Below are positions 21,619 through 30,896 of a stretch of DNA of 64,000 bases, in pieces. Location of the stretch: positions 1,017,420 through 1,081,419 of the forward strand of contig OZ244898.1 of the NCBI GenBank assembly GCA_965221585.1. Reading direction: 5' to 3'. Under the pieces are notes generated by a model. It was not told the origin of the DNA and did not search any database. It saw only the letters and a list, made by a program, of their open reading frames with translations. The position numbers and the translations under genes were made by a program. Source of the stretch: Candidatus Aldehydirespiratoraceae bacterium (GTDB taxonomy: Bacteria > Actinomycetota > Acidimicrobiia > Acidimicrobiales > Aldehydirespiratoraceae). Numbering within the stretch: position 1 is the first letter of the stretch; each line of letters begins with the position of its first letter.

Positions 21619-21652
21619 ACGCTGGGGACCATCAGAACGACCTGGCGCAGCC

Positions 21653-22594
21653 ATGAAACCAGTGGAGGCCGAAGGTCTGGTCAGGACGTTCGGTGATGTC
21701 ACGGCGGTAGCCGGCATCGACCTGGAGGTCGCCGAAGGTGAGATATTCGGGTTCCTCGGCCCGAACGGCGCGGGGAAGTCCACCACGGTGCGGATGCTGG
21801 TGACGCTGTTGCGCCCGACCGCAGGCAGGGCGCGGGTGGCCGGATTCGATGTCGTCAAGGACGCGGACGCGGTCCGTCGCGTGATCGGCGTGGCGTTGCA
21901 GGACGCGGCGATCGACCCGCTGATGACAGGCTCGGAACTGCTGCGTCTGCAAGCAGTGTTGCACGGCCTGGGCAGGCGCCGCGCGGCTGACCGCGGTTCT
22001 GAGCTCTTGGAGCGGGTCGGGTTGACCGGAGCGGCCGGTCGTCGGGTCGGAACGTACTCCGGTGGGATGCGAAGGCGCCTCGATCTGGCTCTGGCACTGA
22101 TCCATCGACCTGAAGTGCTGTTCCTCGATGAGCCGACGACCGGGTTGGACCCGACCAGCCGAGTTGCGGTCTGGGAGGAGGTCCGCTCGCTCAACGACGA
22201 CGGCACGACGGTCTTCCTGACCACTCAGTACCTCGAGGAAGCCGATGAATTGGCAGGCCGAATTGCCATTATCGACAACGGCGTGATCGTCAAGCAGGGA
22301 GACCCGACCGTGCTCAAGGGCCAGGTCGGAGACCCGACGCTGCGCGTCGAAGTGGCCGATGGGACTGCCATCGAGTCGGCTCGGCGGGTGCTCGGAGCAT
22401 TCGGCGATCAGCGACCGGCGCGTGACGGCCGGGTCGCGATCGGCTTGAAGGGCGGGGCCGGTCGCCTTGCCGATGTGGTTCGGGCCCTCGACGACCACGG
22501 TGTTCCGGTGGCGCATTTCGAGCTGGACTCGCCGAGTCTCGATGATGTCTTCGCCGATGCCACGGGAAGGCGCCTGGAGGGAGCCGAGACTTGA
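21653..22594 (+). CDS. ABC transporter ATP-binding protein (ABC-2/DrrA-like)
   Basis: Walker A GPNGAGKSTT, signature YSGGMRRRLDLA, Walker B LFLDEPTTGLD. Confidence 0.9.
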   Translation: MKPVEAEGLVRTFGDVTAVAGIDLEVAEGEIFGFLGPNGAGKSTTVRMLVTLLRPTAGRARVAGFDVVKDADAVRRVIGVALQDAAIDPLMTGSELLRLQAVLHGLGRRRAADRGSELLERVGLTGAAGRRVGTYSGGMRRRLDLALALIHRPEVLFLDEPTTGLDPTSRVAVWEEVRSLNDDGTTVFLTTQYLEEADELAGRIAIIDNGVIVKQGDPTVLKGQVGDPTLRVEVADGTAIESARRVLGAFGDQRPARDGRVAIGLKGGAGRLADVVRALDDHGVPVAHFELDSPSLDDVFADATGRRLEGAET

Positions 22595-23421
22595 CCGCAG
22601 CCCAGAGCCTTCGGCTCACCGACCCGCGGCGCAGTCGTCCGCGTCTGCTGGTCGGCACCGAGCAGGCGTGGACCCTGATGGTTCGGTCGGTCCTCGCGAC
22701 GGCCCGCAAGGTTGACCGTTGGGCTCCGGGATTGATCTTTCCGTTGGCTATGGCGGCGGTCTATTCGTCACAGTTCGCCCGAGCGACGGGGTTGTCTGAG
22801 TTCCCTGAAGTCGATTCGTTCCTGCAGTTCATTCTGCCGGCGACGATCCTCCAGGGGATCGCCTTCAACGCCTCCAACGCCGGTACAGACATGGCGACGG
22901 ACATCGAGACCGGGTTCTTCGATCGGTTGGTGGCCTCCCCGGTCGCGCGGCAGTCGATCTTCGTGGGGCGTGTCGGAGGCGCCGCTGCGGCCGCGGGTTT
23001 CCAGGCAGGTGTCCATACCGCGATCTTCGTGGTTCTCGGTGTCCCGATAGCGAGCGGTTTCGCGGGCGTTGTGGCTCTGATGCTCATCAGCATCGTGCTC
23101 TCGGTCGGAATCTCGGGGTTCGGTCTGGCCGTGGCTCTCAGGACCGGCAGCAGCGAGGCGACCCAGTCGATGTTCCCACTCGTGTTCGTCATGGTCTTCG
23201 TCTCGTCGGCCTTCTTTCCGACGGAGTTGATGAGGGGCTGGTACCAGTGGGTGGCGGAACGAAACCCGTTCACCCTGGTGGTCGACCCGACGAGGCAACT
23301 CGTCATTTCGGGATGGAGTTGGGTCGACCTGTTCGAAGCGCTCGGGTACAGCCTGTTGATCGCGTTGTTGTCCTTGAGCCTGGCGTACCGGGCCCATCTT
23401 CGGCGAATGAGGCGCTCGTGA
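22591..23421 (+). CDS. ABC-2 type transporter permease
   Basis: Six predicted hydrophobic segments. TTGA overlap with the ATPase stop. Confidence 0.8.
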   Translation: MTAAQSLRLTDPRRSRPRLLVGTEQAWTLMVRSVLATARKVDRWAPGLIFPLAMAAVYSSQFARATGLSEFPEVDSFLQFILPATILQGIAFNASNAGTDMATDIETGFFDRLVASPVARQSIFVGRVGGAAAAAGFQAGVHTAIFVVLGVPIASGFAGVVALMLISIVLSVGISGFGLAVALRTGSSEATQSMFPLVFVMVFVSSAFFPTELMRGWYQWVAERNPFTLVVDPTRQLVISGWSWVDLFEALGYSLLIALLSLSLAYRAHLRRMRRS

Positions 23422-24215
23422 CGGCGGTCGTCCGCGGTTCGCGGGCCGGTGCGTCCTCGCTGTTCGCCGTCGTCTGGATGTGTCACCGCAACCTGACCAG
23501 ATTCGCGCGACTGCCGGCGATCATGGTGCCGATGATCGTGATGCCGGTCTTCTTCTTGGTGGTGTTCACCTCCAGCTTCGACGGGATCTCCCGGGTCGAG
23601 GGTTTCCCGACTGAGAACCTGATCAACTGGGTCGTGGCCTTCGCGCTGTTGCAGGGAGCCATGTTCTCAGGCGTTGGGACCGCGGGGACTGTCGCCACCG
23701 ACCTCGAGACCGGTTTCATGGACCGTCTTCTGGTGAGTCCGATACGACGGGGGATCATCATCGCCGCCCCTCTGACCTACACGGCAATTCGGGCGTTGAT
23801 TCCCATCACTCTGGTGACCGCGCTTGCCTGGGCGATGAACGCGGATCTGCCTGGCGGGATACTGGGAATCGTGGTGGCGTTCAGCGGCGGTATCGGCGGG
23901 GCGTTGGCGATCGGCTGCTTCGGTCTCGGGGTTGTGCTTCGCATGGGCGACATCCGAGCGATGACGATCGTGCAGATGGGCAGCTTCCTGTTGATCTTCC
24001 CGTCGATCGGACAGGTGCCCATCGCCCTGCTCGACGGCTGGATGGAAACAGTCGCCCGTATCAACCCGGTGACCAACGTTCTCCGCATGACCCGCCAGGG
24101 CTACATCGGGGATGTGACCTGGGCTGACACCTGGCCCGGTCTGCTGGTAATCGCTTGCGGAATCGCCGTTTTCGGCACGTGGGCGCGGGCCGAACTGATC
24201 CGGCGAACACGATGA
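23418..24215 (+). CDS. ABC-2 type transporter permease (second subunit)
   Basis: GTG 23418 overlaps the upstream stop (GTGA). Polytopic hydrophobic protein paralogous in layout to the preceding permease. Confidence 0.75.
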   Translation: MTAVVRGSRAGASSLFAVVWMCHRNLTRFARLPAIMVPMIVMPVFFLVVFTSSFDGISRVEGFPTENLINWVVAFALLQGAMFSGVGTAGTVATDLETGFMDRLLVSPIRRGIIIAAPLTYTAIRALIPITLVTALAWAMNADLPGGILGIVVAFSGGIGGALAIGCFGLGVVLRMGDIRAMTIVQMGSFLLIFPSIGQVPIALLDGWMETVARINPVTNVLRMTRQGYIGDVTWADTWPGLLVIACGIAVFGTWARAELIRRTR

Positions 24216-24307
24216 GACCCGCTGGTCGGCATCGGGTCGGCTTCTGATCGGCATCCGGCGGTGACTACCATTGGTCGTTCGGAGGTCGAATCCATGGTCG
24301 AGAACTG

Positions 24308-25228
24308 ATGGCCGACACAACTGATCCTCGCAGCGTCTCATCGGTGGTGCAGGTGAGCGATGCGCTGCGCCAGAATCACTATCTTCCCGACGAAGGACTC
24401 GCGACGGCTGTATATCTCGCGCTGCGGCTGCGTCGACCGTTGCTGCTGGAGGGCGAACCCGGCGTCGGCAAGACGGAAGTCGCGAGGGTGCTCGCCGACT
24501 GGATCGGTGGCCGGTTGCTGCGGATCCAGTGCTATGAGGGGATTGACGTCAACCAGGCGGTGTATGAGTGGGACTATTCCCGCCAGTTGCTGCATCTGCG
24601 CACTGCGGAAGCGACGGGTGCTGCACGCAGCAGCGAGACCTCGGCGTTGGAGGACGAACTCTACGACGAGCGATTTCTGGTTCGTCGACCGCTGCTCGAA
24701 GCCATCGCCCACGACTCGGGCCCGCCGCCGGTCCTGCTGATCGACGAAGTCGACCGCTCCGACGACGAGTTCGAAGCCTTCCTGCTTGAGGTGTTGGCCG
24801 ACTATTCGATCACGATCCCCGAGATCGGCACCTTCTCCGCGATCGAGCCGCCGGTGGTTGTCGTCACATCGAACCGCACCCGCGATGTGCACGACGCCTT
24901 GAAACGACGTTGCCTGTACCACTGGGTCACCCACCCCACCGTGGAGCGTGAGATCGAGATCATCCGGCTGCATGCCCCGACTGTGAGCCGACGGCTGGCG
25001 GCCCAGATCGCAGCTGCGGCCGCGGCGATCCGTCAGGTTGGTCTCTACAAGCCGCCCGGCGTGTCCGAGACCATCGACTGGGCACGAGCGCTGGACCTGC
25101 TCGGCGCCGACGAACTGGTCGTCGATCACGTGGAGGCGACGTTCCCGACACTGCTCAAGTACCGCGAAGACCTTGAGAGGGTCCGGGACCACGGTCTTGA
25201 GACGCTCCTTGCCTCAGCCCGCGAGTGA
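24308..25228 (+). CDS. MoxR-class AAA+ ATPase (CoxD-like)
   Basis: Walker A LLLEGEPGVGKTEVA, Walker B VLLIDEVDR, about 300 aa single AAA module. Confidence 0.85.
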   Translation: MADTTDPRSVSSVVQVSDALRQNHYLPDEGLATAVYLALRLRRPLLLEGEPGVGKTEVARVLADWIGGRLLRIQCYEGIDVNQAVYEWDYSRQLLHLRTAEATGAARSSETSALEDELYDERFLVRRPLLEAIAHDSGPPPVLLIDEVDRSDDEFEAFLLEVLADYSITIPEIGTFSAIEPPVVVVTSNRTRDVHDALKRRCLYHWVTHPTVEREIEIIRLHAPTVSRRLAAQIAAAAAAIRQVGLYKPPGVSETIDWARALDLLGADELVVDHVEATFPTLLKYREDLERVRDHGLETLLASARE

Positions 25229-25280
25229 TCGTGATGTCGCGGGTCATGGGCTGGTCGGGTTCGAGTTCAGGAGTGAACCG

Positions 25281-26441
25281 GTGACGATCGAGGCGGCGGT
25301 CGGATTCGTGGAGTCCCTTCGCCGCGGCGGCCTTGCGGTCTCTTTGGGGTCTTCGCGTATGTTCGTCGAGGCGCTGGCTGAAATCGATCTGGCCGACCCC
25401 GACGAGGTGTATTGGGCAGCCCGGGCGGTCCTGGTGCACAGGCCCGAGGACATCGAGTTGTTCAACGGTCTGTTCGCCGCCTACTGGGGCGGTGTCGATT
25501 CGAAACTGGCGTGGCGGGCACCTTCAGAGCCGCTGCCTGTCACCCTGGCTATGGACGATCCCGAGCAGCTACCTGCCGAGGGCACCGACGGCGAGGACAA
25601 CGACGAGACGATCACCGTGCGTTACTGCGCAACGGAGACACTGGGCAGCAAGGACTTCGCGGACTACTCCGAGGAGGAGTTGGCGGAGTCCCGGCGCCTG
25701 ATGGAGCAGATCGTGTTGTTGGGGGAGTGTCGGCGGAGCCGACGACGGGTGCGTTCCAACCGTGCGCGTGGAACTCTCGACCTGCGGCGCACCGTTCAAC
25801 GAGCGCTGCGCTCCGGCGGTGAACCAGTGGAGGTAGCCCGCACAGTCCCGGCGCGCAAGCAGCGGCGCCTGGTGTTGCTGCTGGACGTGTCCGGTTCGAT
25901 GGAACCCTATGCTCGGGCGCTCATCGGTTTTGTGCACGCCTCGGTGGCGAGCCGCACCCAGGTGGAGGCGTTCGCGTTGGGGACTCGCCTCACGCGAATC
26001 ACCCGCGAGCTGTCGCAACGGGACCCGGACCGGGCTCTGCTCGAAGCGGCGGCCGCCGTCAAGGACTGGTCCGGTGGAACCCGCCTAGGCGAGGGTCTGC
26101 GACGGTTCAACGATGAATGGGGCTGTCGAGGCATGGCGCGGGGCGCCACGACGGTGATCCTCTCCGACGGTTGGGATCGTGGCGAGCCCACCGAGATGGA
26201 GGTCCAGATGCAGCGCCTCAGTCGTGTTGCCCACCGCGTGGTCTGGGTGAATCCCCTGAAAGCGTCGCCGGGGTATGCGCCGCTGGCTCGGGCCATGGCA
26301 GCCGCCCTGCCGTATGTGGACGATTTCGTCGAAGGGCACTGCCTCGACTCTCTGACGCGACTGGCCGAGCTCGTACTGGCTGACTCCCGTGGGGTGCGGT
26401 CGATTACAGAGCGGCCGATTCCCGTAGGATCTGAACGATGA
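25281..26441 (+). CDS. VWA domain protein (CoxE-like)
   Basis: GTG 25281 is the first in-frame start after the MoxR stop. MIDAS motif LVLLLDVSGSM. C-terminal VWVNPL. Confidence 0.8.
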   Translation: MTIEAAVGFVESLRRGGLAVSLGSSRMFVEALAEIDLADPDEVYWAARAVLVHRPEDIELFNGLFAAYWGGVDSKLAWRAPSEPLPVTLAMDDPEQLPAEGTDGEDNDETITVRYCATETLGSKDFADYSEEELAESRRLMEQIVLLGECRRSRRRVRSNRARGTLDLRRTVQRALRSGGEPVEVARTVPARKQRRLVLLLDVSGSMEPYARALIGFVHASVASRTQVEAFALGTRLTRITRELSQRDPDRALLEAAAAVKDWSGGTRLGEGLRRFNDEWGCRGMARGATTVILSDGWDRGEPTEMEVQMQRLSRVAHRVVWVNPLKASPGYAPLARAMAAALPYVDDFVEGHCLDSLTRLAELVLADSRGVRSITERPIPVGSER

Positions 26442-26752
26442 AGGAGCTGCTTGACGATCTCGACCGCTGGCGCGGTGCGGGCGTGGCCGTAGCGATGGCT
26501 CGGGTGGTCGACCTCGAGGGGTCAGCGCCCCGCGAGGCCGGCGCGGCGATGGCTGTCACGGCCGACGGCGAGGTCTCGGGTTCGGTATCGGGTGGCTGTG
26601 TGGAGGGGGCGGTCGTGGTTGAAGCTCTCGACGTGTTGGCCAAGGGCGAGCGTCGGATGGTCACCTTCGGATACAGCGACGACGAAGCCTTCGAGGTGGG
26701 CCTCACCTGCGGCGGAACCATCCATCTGTTCATTGAACCCCTCGACTGGTAG
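26438..26752 (+). CDS. XdhC/CoxI N-terminal-domain-only protein
   Basis: 104 aa, VAMARVVDLEGSAPREAGAAMAV...GSVSGGCVE. ATGA overlap with the VWA gene. Confidence 0.75.
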   Translation: MKELLDDLDRWRGAGVAVAMARVVDLEGSAPREAGAAMAVTADGEVSGSVSGGCVEGAVVVEALDVLAKGERRMVTFGYSDDEAFEVGLTCGGTIHLFIEPLDW

Positions 26753-26764
26753 GAGCCGGTCTCG

Positions 26765-27559
26765 ATGTCGGCCGAGCGACCGCTGTTCGAACAGCTTCGA
26801 GACGCCATCCGCGCAGAGGTGCCGGTTGCGCTGGCAACCGTGGTCGAAGGTTCCTTCACCGGTGCCAAGCTGATCGTCTGGCGTGACGCCCCGTCGGTGG
26901 GAACGCTCGGCAATGCCGACCTCGACCGGGTGGTGACCCGTGACGCCCGAGGCGAACTGGCCGCCGGACGGACCGGCATACGCCACTACGGCCTCCACGG
27001 CGAGGCCCGCGAGGAAGCCATCTCGGTGTTCATTGAGAGCTTCGCGCCGCCCCCCAGAATGTTGATCTTCGGAGCTGTCGACTTCACCGCGGCGCTGGGG
27101 AGCGTCGCCAAGGTGCTCGGATACCGGGTCACGGTGTGCGACGCGCGGGCCGTGTTCGCCACCGAAGCCCGTTTCCCGATGGCCGACGAGGTTGTGGTCG
27201 ACTGGCCCGATCGGTTCTTGGCCGCAGTGGGCGACGAACTCGGCGAACGTGACGTTGTCTGCATCCTCACCCACGACGCGAAGTTCGACGTGCCCGCAGT
27301 GGTGGCTTCGTTGGCGACCGATGTCGGCTACATCGGCGTGATGGGAAGTCGTCGCACCCACGACGACCGCACCAAGCGGTTGATCGAAGCCGGAGTCGAC
27401 GAAGCAGGGTTGGCCCGGCTGCGTTCACCGATCGGTCTCGACATAGGGGCCCGGACCCCTGAGGAGACAGCGGTGTCGATAACCGCGGAGATCATCGCGG
27501 AGCGAACCGGTCGAGACGCCAGGTCCCTTACCGTCACCGAGGGGCCGATACACGGCTGA
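26765..27559 (+). CDS. XdhC family molybdoenzyme maturation protein (XdhC_CoxI plus Rossmann-like domain)
   Basis: VALATVVEGSFTGAKL, then MLIFGAVDFTAALGSVAKVLGYRVTVCDAR and YIGVMGSRRTH. Confidence 0.8.
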   Translation: MSAERPLFEQLRDAIRAEVPVALATVVEGSFTGAKLIVWRDAPSVGTLGNADLDRVVTRDARGELAAGRTGIRHYGLHGEAREEAISVFIESFAPPPRMLIFGAVDFTAALGSVAKVLGYRVTVCDARAVFATEARFPMADEVVVDWPDRFLAAVGDELGERDVVCILTHDAKFDVPAVVASLATDVGYIGVMGSRRTHDDRTKRLIEAGVDEAGLARLRSPIGLDIGARTPEETAVSITAEIIAERTGRDARSLTVTEGPIHG

Positions 27560-27617
27560 CGCCCGACGGGGGCGGCGTCCGCGGCTCCGGCTACGCCCGG
27601 CGACAACACAGGGCGGT

Positions 27618-28136
27618 CTATCCGGGTGGGGGCGGCGTGCTCGGCGAGCCAGTCTGCTTTGGCAGCCTGACGAAGAAGCTCTGGCGCCAGTCGGAATGGG
27701 TGGCTCCATTGATTGAGAGTTGCCAGGTGTAGCTCTTTCCAGGCGTGACCGGGATCGTCGGGAAGTTGATCGCCAGCGGGACGCAGAGCGGAGTGCCGGG
27801 ACGCAGCCCCACGGGACGCCCGGCTTCAAAGTTGCCCTGCACTACCAGCGGCCTCTCACCGACCATAAGCGGATGCCCGTCCTCGTCGAGCAGTTCGATG
27901 CGCCACTCGTGGGAGACGTTGGCCCGGTCCCAGGGCACCTCGATACGGATCGCGACCCCCATCGGCTGGGGACGCGGACCCACCGCGGTGAGCCCTCCCC
28001 CGAGAATGTAGAGCTTGCCGTCGGCGACCTGTGCGGCGTCGGCGACCAGAAGGTTGACCCGAACCGAGGGGGGCTCACCGACACTCGGCGAGGGTGCGGG
28101 ATCGTCGCTCAGAGAATATTCGGCGTCGTCGCTCAT
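27618..28136 (-). CDS. hypothetical protein
   Basis: 172 aa with an acidic/Pro-rich N-terminus, a beta-rich core (KLYILGGGLTAV...EWRIELLDEDGHPL...) and a PPPPG tail. It is the only minus-strand ORF in this module, and the composition looks protein-like. Confidence 0.55.
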   Translation of the reverse strand: MSDDAEYSLSDDPAPSPSVGEPPSVRVNLLVADAAQVADGKLYILGGGLTAVGPRPQPMGVAIRIEVPWDRANVSHEWRIELLDEDGHPLMVGERPLVVQGNFEAGRPVGLRPGTPLCVPLAINFPTIPVTPGKSYTWQLSINGATHSDWRQSFFVRLPKQTGSPSTPPPPG

Positions 28137-28226
28137 TGGTCACACGTTAGGCGTCCGGCTGCTCTTTGGTGCTGCCACACTGGGATAGTGACAATCCAGA
28201 CTGGCTCCGACCTCGACCGAGATGTA

Positions 28227-28784
28227 GTGACGACAGCCGCGGTCGTGCTCGCCGCCGGGGCCGGTTCACGGTTTTTCGGCGAGGACCACAAGCTGCTCAC
28301 AGAGGTCCGGGGGAAGCCGATAGTGCGCCATGCCGTAGACGCGGCCCGGGGCGCCGGGTTCGATGAGGTGATCGTCGTCTCGGGGTGCGTGGACCTCACA
28401 GAGGTAATGCCCGAAGATGTCACGATCATCCACAACGAGCATTGGGAGCACGGCCAGTCGACCTCTCTGCGGGGAGCGGTCACCTACGCTGCGGCCAGGG
28501 GACACAAGGCGATCGTCGTTGGTCTGGGTGATCAACCCGGAGTGGGCGCGGCGGCCTGGCAGGCTCTGAGGGAGAGCGAAGCCGACCTTGCGGCCGCGGA
28601 CTTCGGGGAAGGTCACCGCCCTCCGGTCCGACTCTCCGCGGCGATGTGGGCTTCGCTGCCGGTTTCGGGAGACGAGGGAGCACGGGCGCTGTGGCGCGAA
28701 CGCCCCGAGATGGTTGAGTCGATACCCTGTGATGGCGACTCAGCCGATGTCGACACGCTGGAGGATCTGCGACGATGGACCTGA
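28227..28784 (+). CDS. MobA/MocA-like nucleotidyltransferase (molybdenum cofactor cytidylyltransferase-like)
   Basis: VVLAAGAGSRF near the N-terminus with GTG 28227 (GTG 28188 is an alternative). LGDQPGV motif. Confidence 0.75.
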   Translation: MTTAAVVLAAGAGSRFFGEDHKLLTEVRGKPIVRHAVDAARGAGFDEVIVVSGCVDLTEVMPEDVTIIHNEHWEHGQSTSLRGAVTYAAARGHKAIVVGLGDQPGVGAAAWQALRESEADLAAADFGEGHRPPVRLSAAMWASLPVSGDEGARALWRERPEMVESIPCDGDSADVDTLEDLRRWT

Positions 28785-29500
28785 ACAACACTTTCGAGGT
28801 GGCTCGACCGATCGATGAGGCGTGGGCCGTGTTGACCGACCTGGAACGTATCGCTCCGTGCCTCCCGGGGGCGCAACTCACCGAGGTTGAAGGCGACGAC
28901 TACCGCGGTTTCGTGAAGGTGAAGGTCGGGCCGATCACCGCCCAGTTCAAGGGTGCGGCGAACTTCGTGGAACGCAACGACAAGGACCACAAGGCGGTGC
29001 TGAGCGGCAAGGGCCGCGACACGCGGGGCGCAGGGAATGCCAGCGCCCTGATCACGGCCAAGCTGGAACCCGTCTCCGATTCGATCACCAGGGTCAACGT
29101 CGACACTGACATGAAGATCACCGGGAAGTTCGCCCAGTTCGGGCGGGGCGTGATGGCCGACGTGAGCGCCACGCTGATGGACCAGTTCGCCGAGAACCTC
29201 GCCGACATGCTCGCAGAGGAGAGCACCGACGAGCCCGACGAGCCTGGGCAGGCCGAAGCCGAGCAGGCTGAACCCGACGAGCCCGATTCCGGGCACCCGA
29301 AGGATGCTGGGGAGGAAGAGCCGACTGCCGAGGGGGCAGCCGCAGCGAGCGACGGGGTGCGCAAGATCGACATGCCCGAACCGGAGGCGATCGATCTCAT
29401 CGATGCAGCCGGAGCGCCGGTGATGAAACGGGTCGTGACATTGGCCGCGGTGGTCCTGGCGTTTGTTGTGCTGCGCCGTCTGCTGCGCCGTTCACGGTGA
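28775..29500 (+). CDS. CoxG-like SRPBCC protein with acidic linker and C-terminal TM tail
   Basis: MDLNNTFEVARPIDEAWAVLTDLERIAPCLPGA...GKFAQFGRGVM (CoxG family pattern). The C-terminus is VVTLAAVVLAFVVLRRLLRRSR. Confidence 0.8.
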   Translation: MDLNNTFEVARPIDEAWAVLTDLERIAPCLPGAQLTEVEGDDYRGFVKVKVGPITAQFKGAANFVERNDKDHKAVLSGKGRDTRGAGNASALITAKLEPVSDSITRVNVDTDMKITGKFAQFGRGVMADVSATLMDQFAENLADMLAEESTDEPDEPGQAEAEQAEPDEPDSGHPKDAGEEEPTAEGAAAASDGVRKIDMPEPEAIDLIDAAGAPVMKRVVTLAAVVLAFVVLRRLLRRSR

Positions 29501-29964
29501 CAACCTCCGCACAACGCATCCGCGTGGCCGAATTGTTGGGGCGCGAACCGGAAGGGGATTTCGAGATAGTGGTCACCGACACCCGGGGCGATCCGGTCGT
29601 GATACGCAATGCGCCGCTGTTGAGCGATGGTCGTCCGATGCCGACCCTCTACTGGCTGGTGGGGGAGGAGCCTTGCCGGGAGGTGGGTCGCCTGGAGTCT
29701 GTGGGAGGAGTTCGGCAGGCCGAAGCAGCTGTGGATGCCGACGAACTGTCCCAGGCCCATGCGCGTTACGCGGCGGAGCGCGACGCCGCCATTGAAGATT
29801 CCCACCGCGGCCCCCGACCCAGCGGCGGGGTGGGCGGCACACGCCGCGGTGTCAAGTGTCTCCACGCCCATTACGCCTGGTATCTGGCCGGAGGCGACGA
29901 CCCGGTTGGCCGCTGGGTTGCCGAGCAGTTGGCAGATGAGCTGGCAGATCAGGCGCAGCCATGA
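29497..29964 (+). CDS. DUF501 domain protein
   Basis: PMPTLYWL, VKCLHAHYAWYLAGG. GTGA overlap with the coxG-like stop and ATGA overlap with the ppx start. Confidence 0.8.
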   Translation: MTTSAQRIRVAELLGREPEGDFEIVVTDTRGDPVVIRNAPLLSDGRPMPTLYWLVGEEPCREVGRLESVGGVRQAEAAVDADELSQAHARYAAERDAAIEDSHRGPRPSGGVGGTRRGVKCLHAHYAWYLAGGDDPVGRWVAEQLADELADQAQP

Positions 29965-30869
29965 GCGCGCCGGTTGCTGCGGTCGACTGCGGGACCAACT
30001 CGACACGCCTGTTGGTGTATGACGGGACGACGACGCTGGAACGGCACATGACAATCACCCAACTCGGTCAGGGAGTCGACGCCACCAGGCGGCTTGCACC
30101 CGAGGCGATCGCGCGCACCGTCGAGTGTCTCGAGGACTATCGCGGTGTGATGGACCGTCACGGAGTTGAACGGGTTCGCATCACTGCGACCTCGGCGGCT
30201 CGCGATGCCGACAACCGCGACGAGTTCTTCGACGCGGCTGAAGCGGTAATCGGGAGCCGCCCTGAACTGCTCTCTGGTCTGGATGAGGGCAAGCTGTCAT
30301 TCGCCGGGGCGACCGCTGAGCTCGACCCCGATGACGGGCCCTTCCTAGTGGTCGATATCGGCGGCGGCTCCACCGAGTTCGCCTACGGGCTCAGCGAATG
30401 CGAAGCCGCGTTGTCGGTCGACATCGGGTGTGTCCGGCTGACCGAGAAGTACATCGAATCGGACCCTCCCGAGCCCGAGGAGTTGTTGGCTTGCCTGTCG
30501 ATCACGGAGGCACATCTTGATGATGTTGTCCGGCTGATTCCTGCGTCGTTGCAGGCCAGCACGTTCGTTGGGCTGGCGGGCACCGTGTCGGCTGCCGCCG
30601 CTGTCGAGATCGGGCTGGCCGAGTACGACCGTGACCAGATCCATCACTTCAAACTGAGCAAGGAAGCCGCCGAGGATGTCTACCGAACGCTGGTCACCGA
30701 GTCGCGTGAGGACCGTCGCCACAACCCGGGGCTTGAGGAGGGCAGGGTCGATGTGATCGTCGGTGGCATGTGCATCCTGGTAAGGGTCATGCGCTATTTC
30801 GGTTTCGAGGAGTGCCTCGTCTCCGAGAGCGACATCCTCGACGGACTCGCCTTCTCGCTGTTGGACTAG
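29961..30869 (+). CDS. ppx: Ppx/GppA family phosphatase
   Basis: AAVDCGTNSTRLLV and VVDIGGGSTEF (ASKHA phosphate-binding motifs). Confidence 0.9.
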   Translation: MSAPVAAVDCGTNSTRLLVYDGTTTLERHMTITQLGQGVDATRRLAPEAIARTVECLEDYRGVMDRHGVERVRITATSAARDADNRDEFFDAAEAVIGSRPELLSGLDEGKLSFAGATAELDPDDGPFLVVDIGGGSTEFAYGLSECEAALSVDIGCVRLTEKYIESDPPEPEELLACLSITEAHLDDVVRLIPASLQASTFVGLAGTVSAAAAVEIGLAEYDRDQIHHFKLSKEAAEDVYRTLVTESREDRRHNPGLEEGRVDVIVGGMCILVRVMRYFGFEECLVSESDILDGLAFSLLD

Positions 30870-30896
30870 CCGTCGGGCGACGCACCGAAAAGGTTC

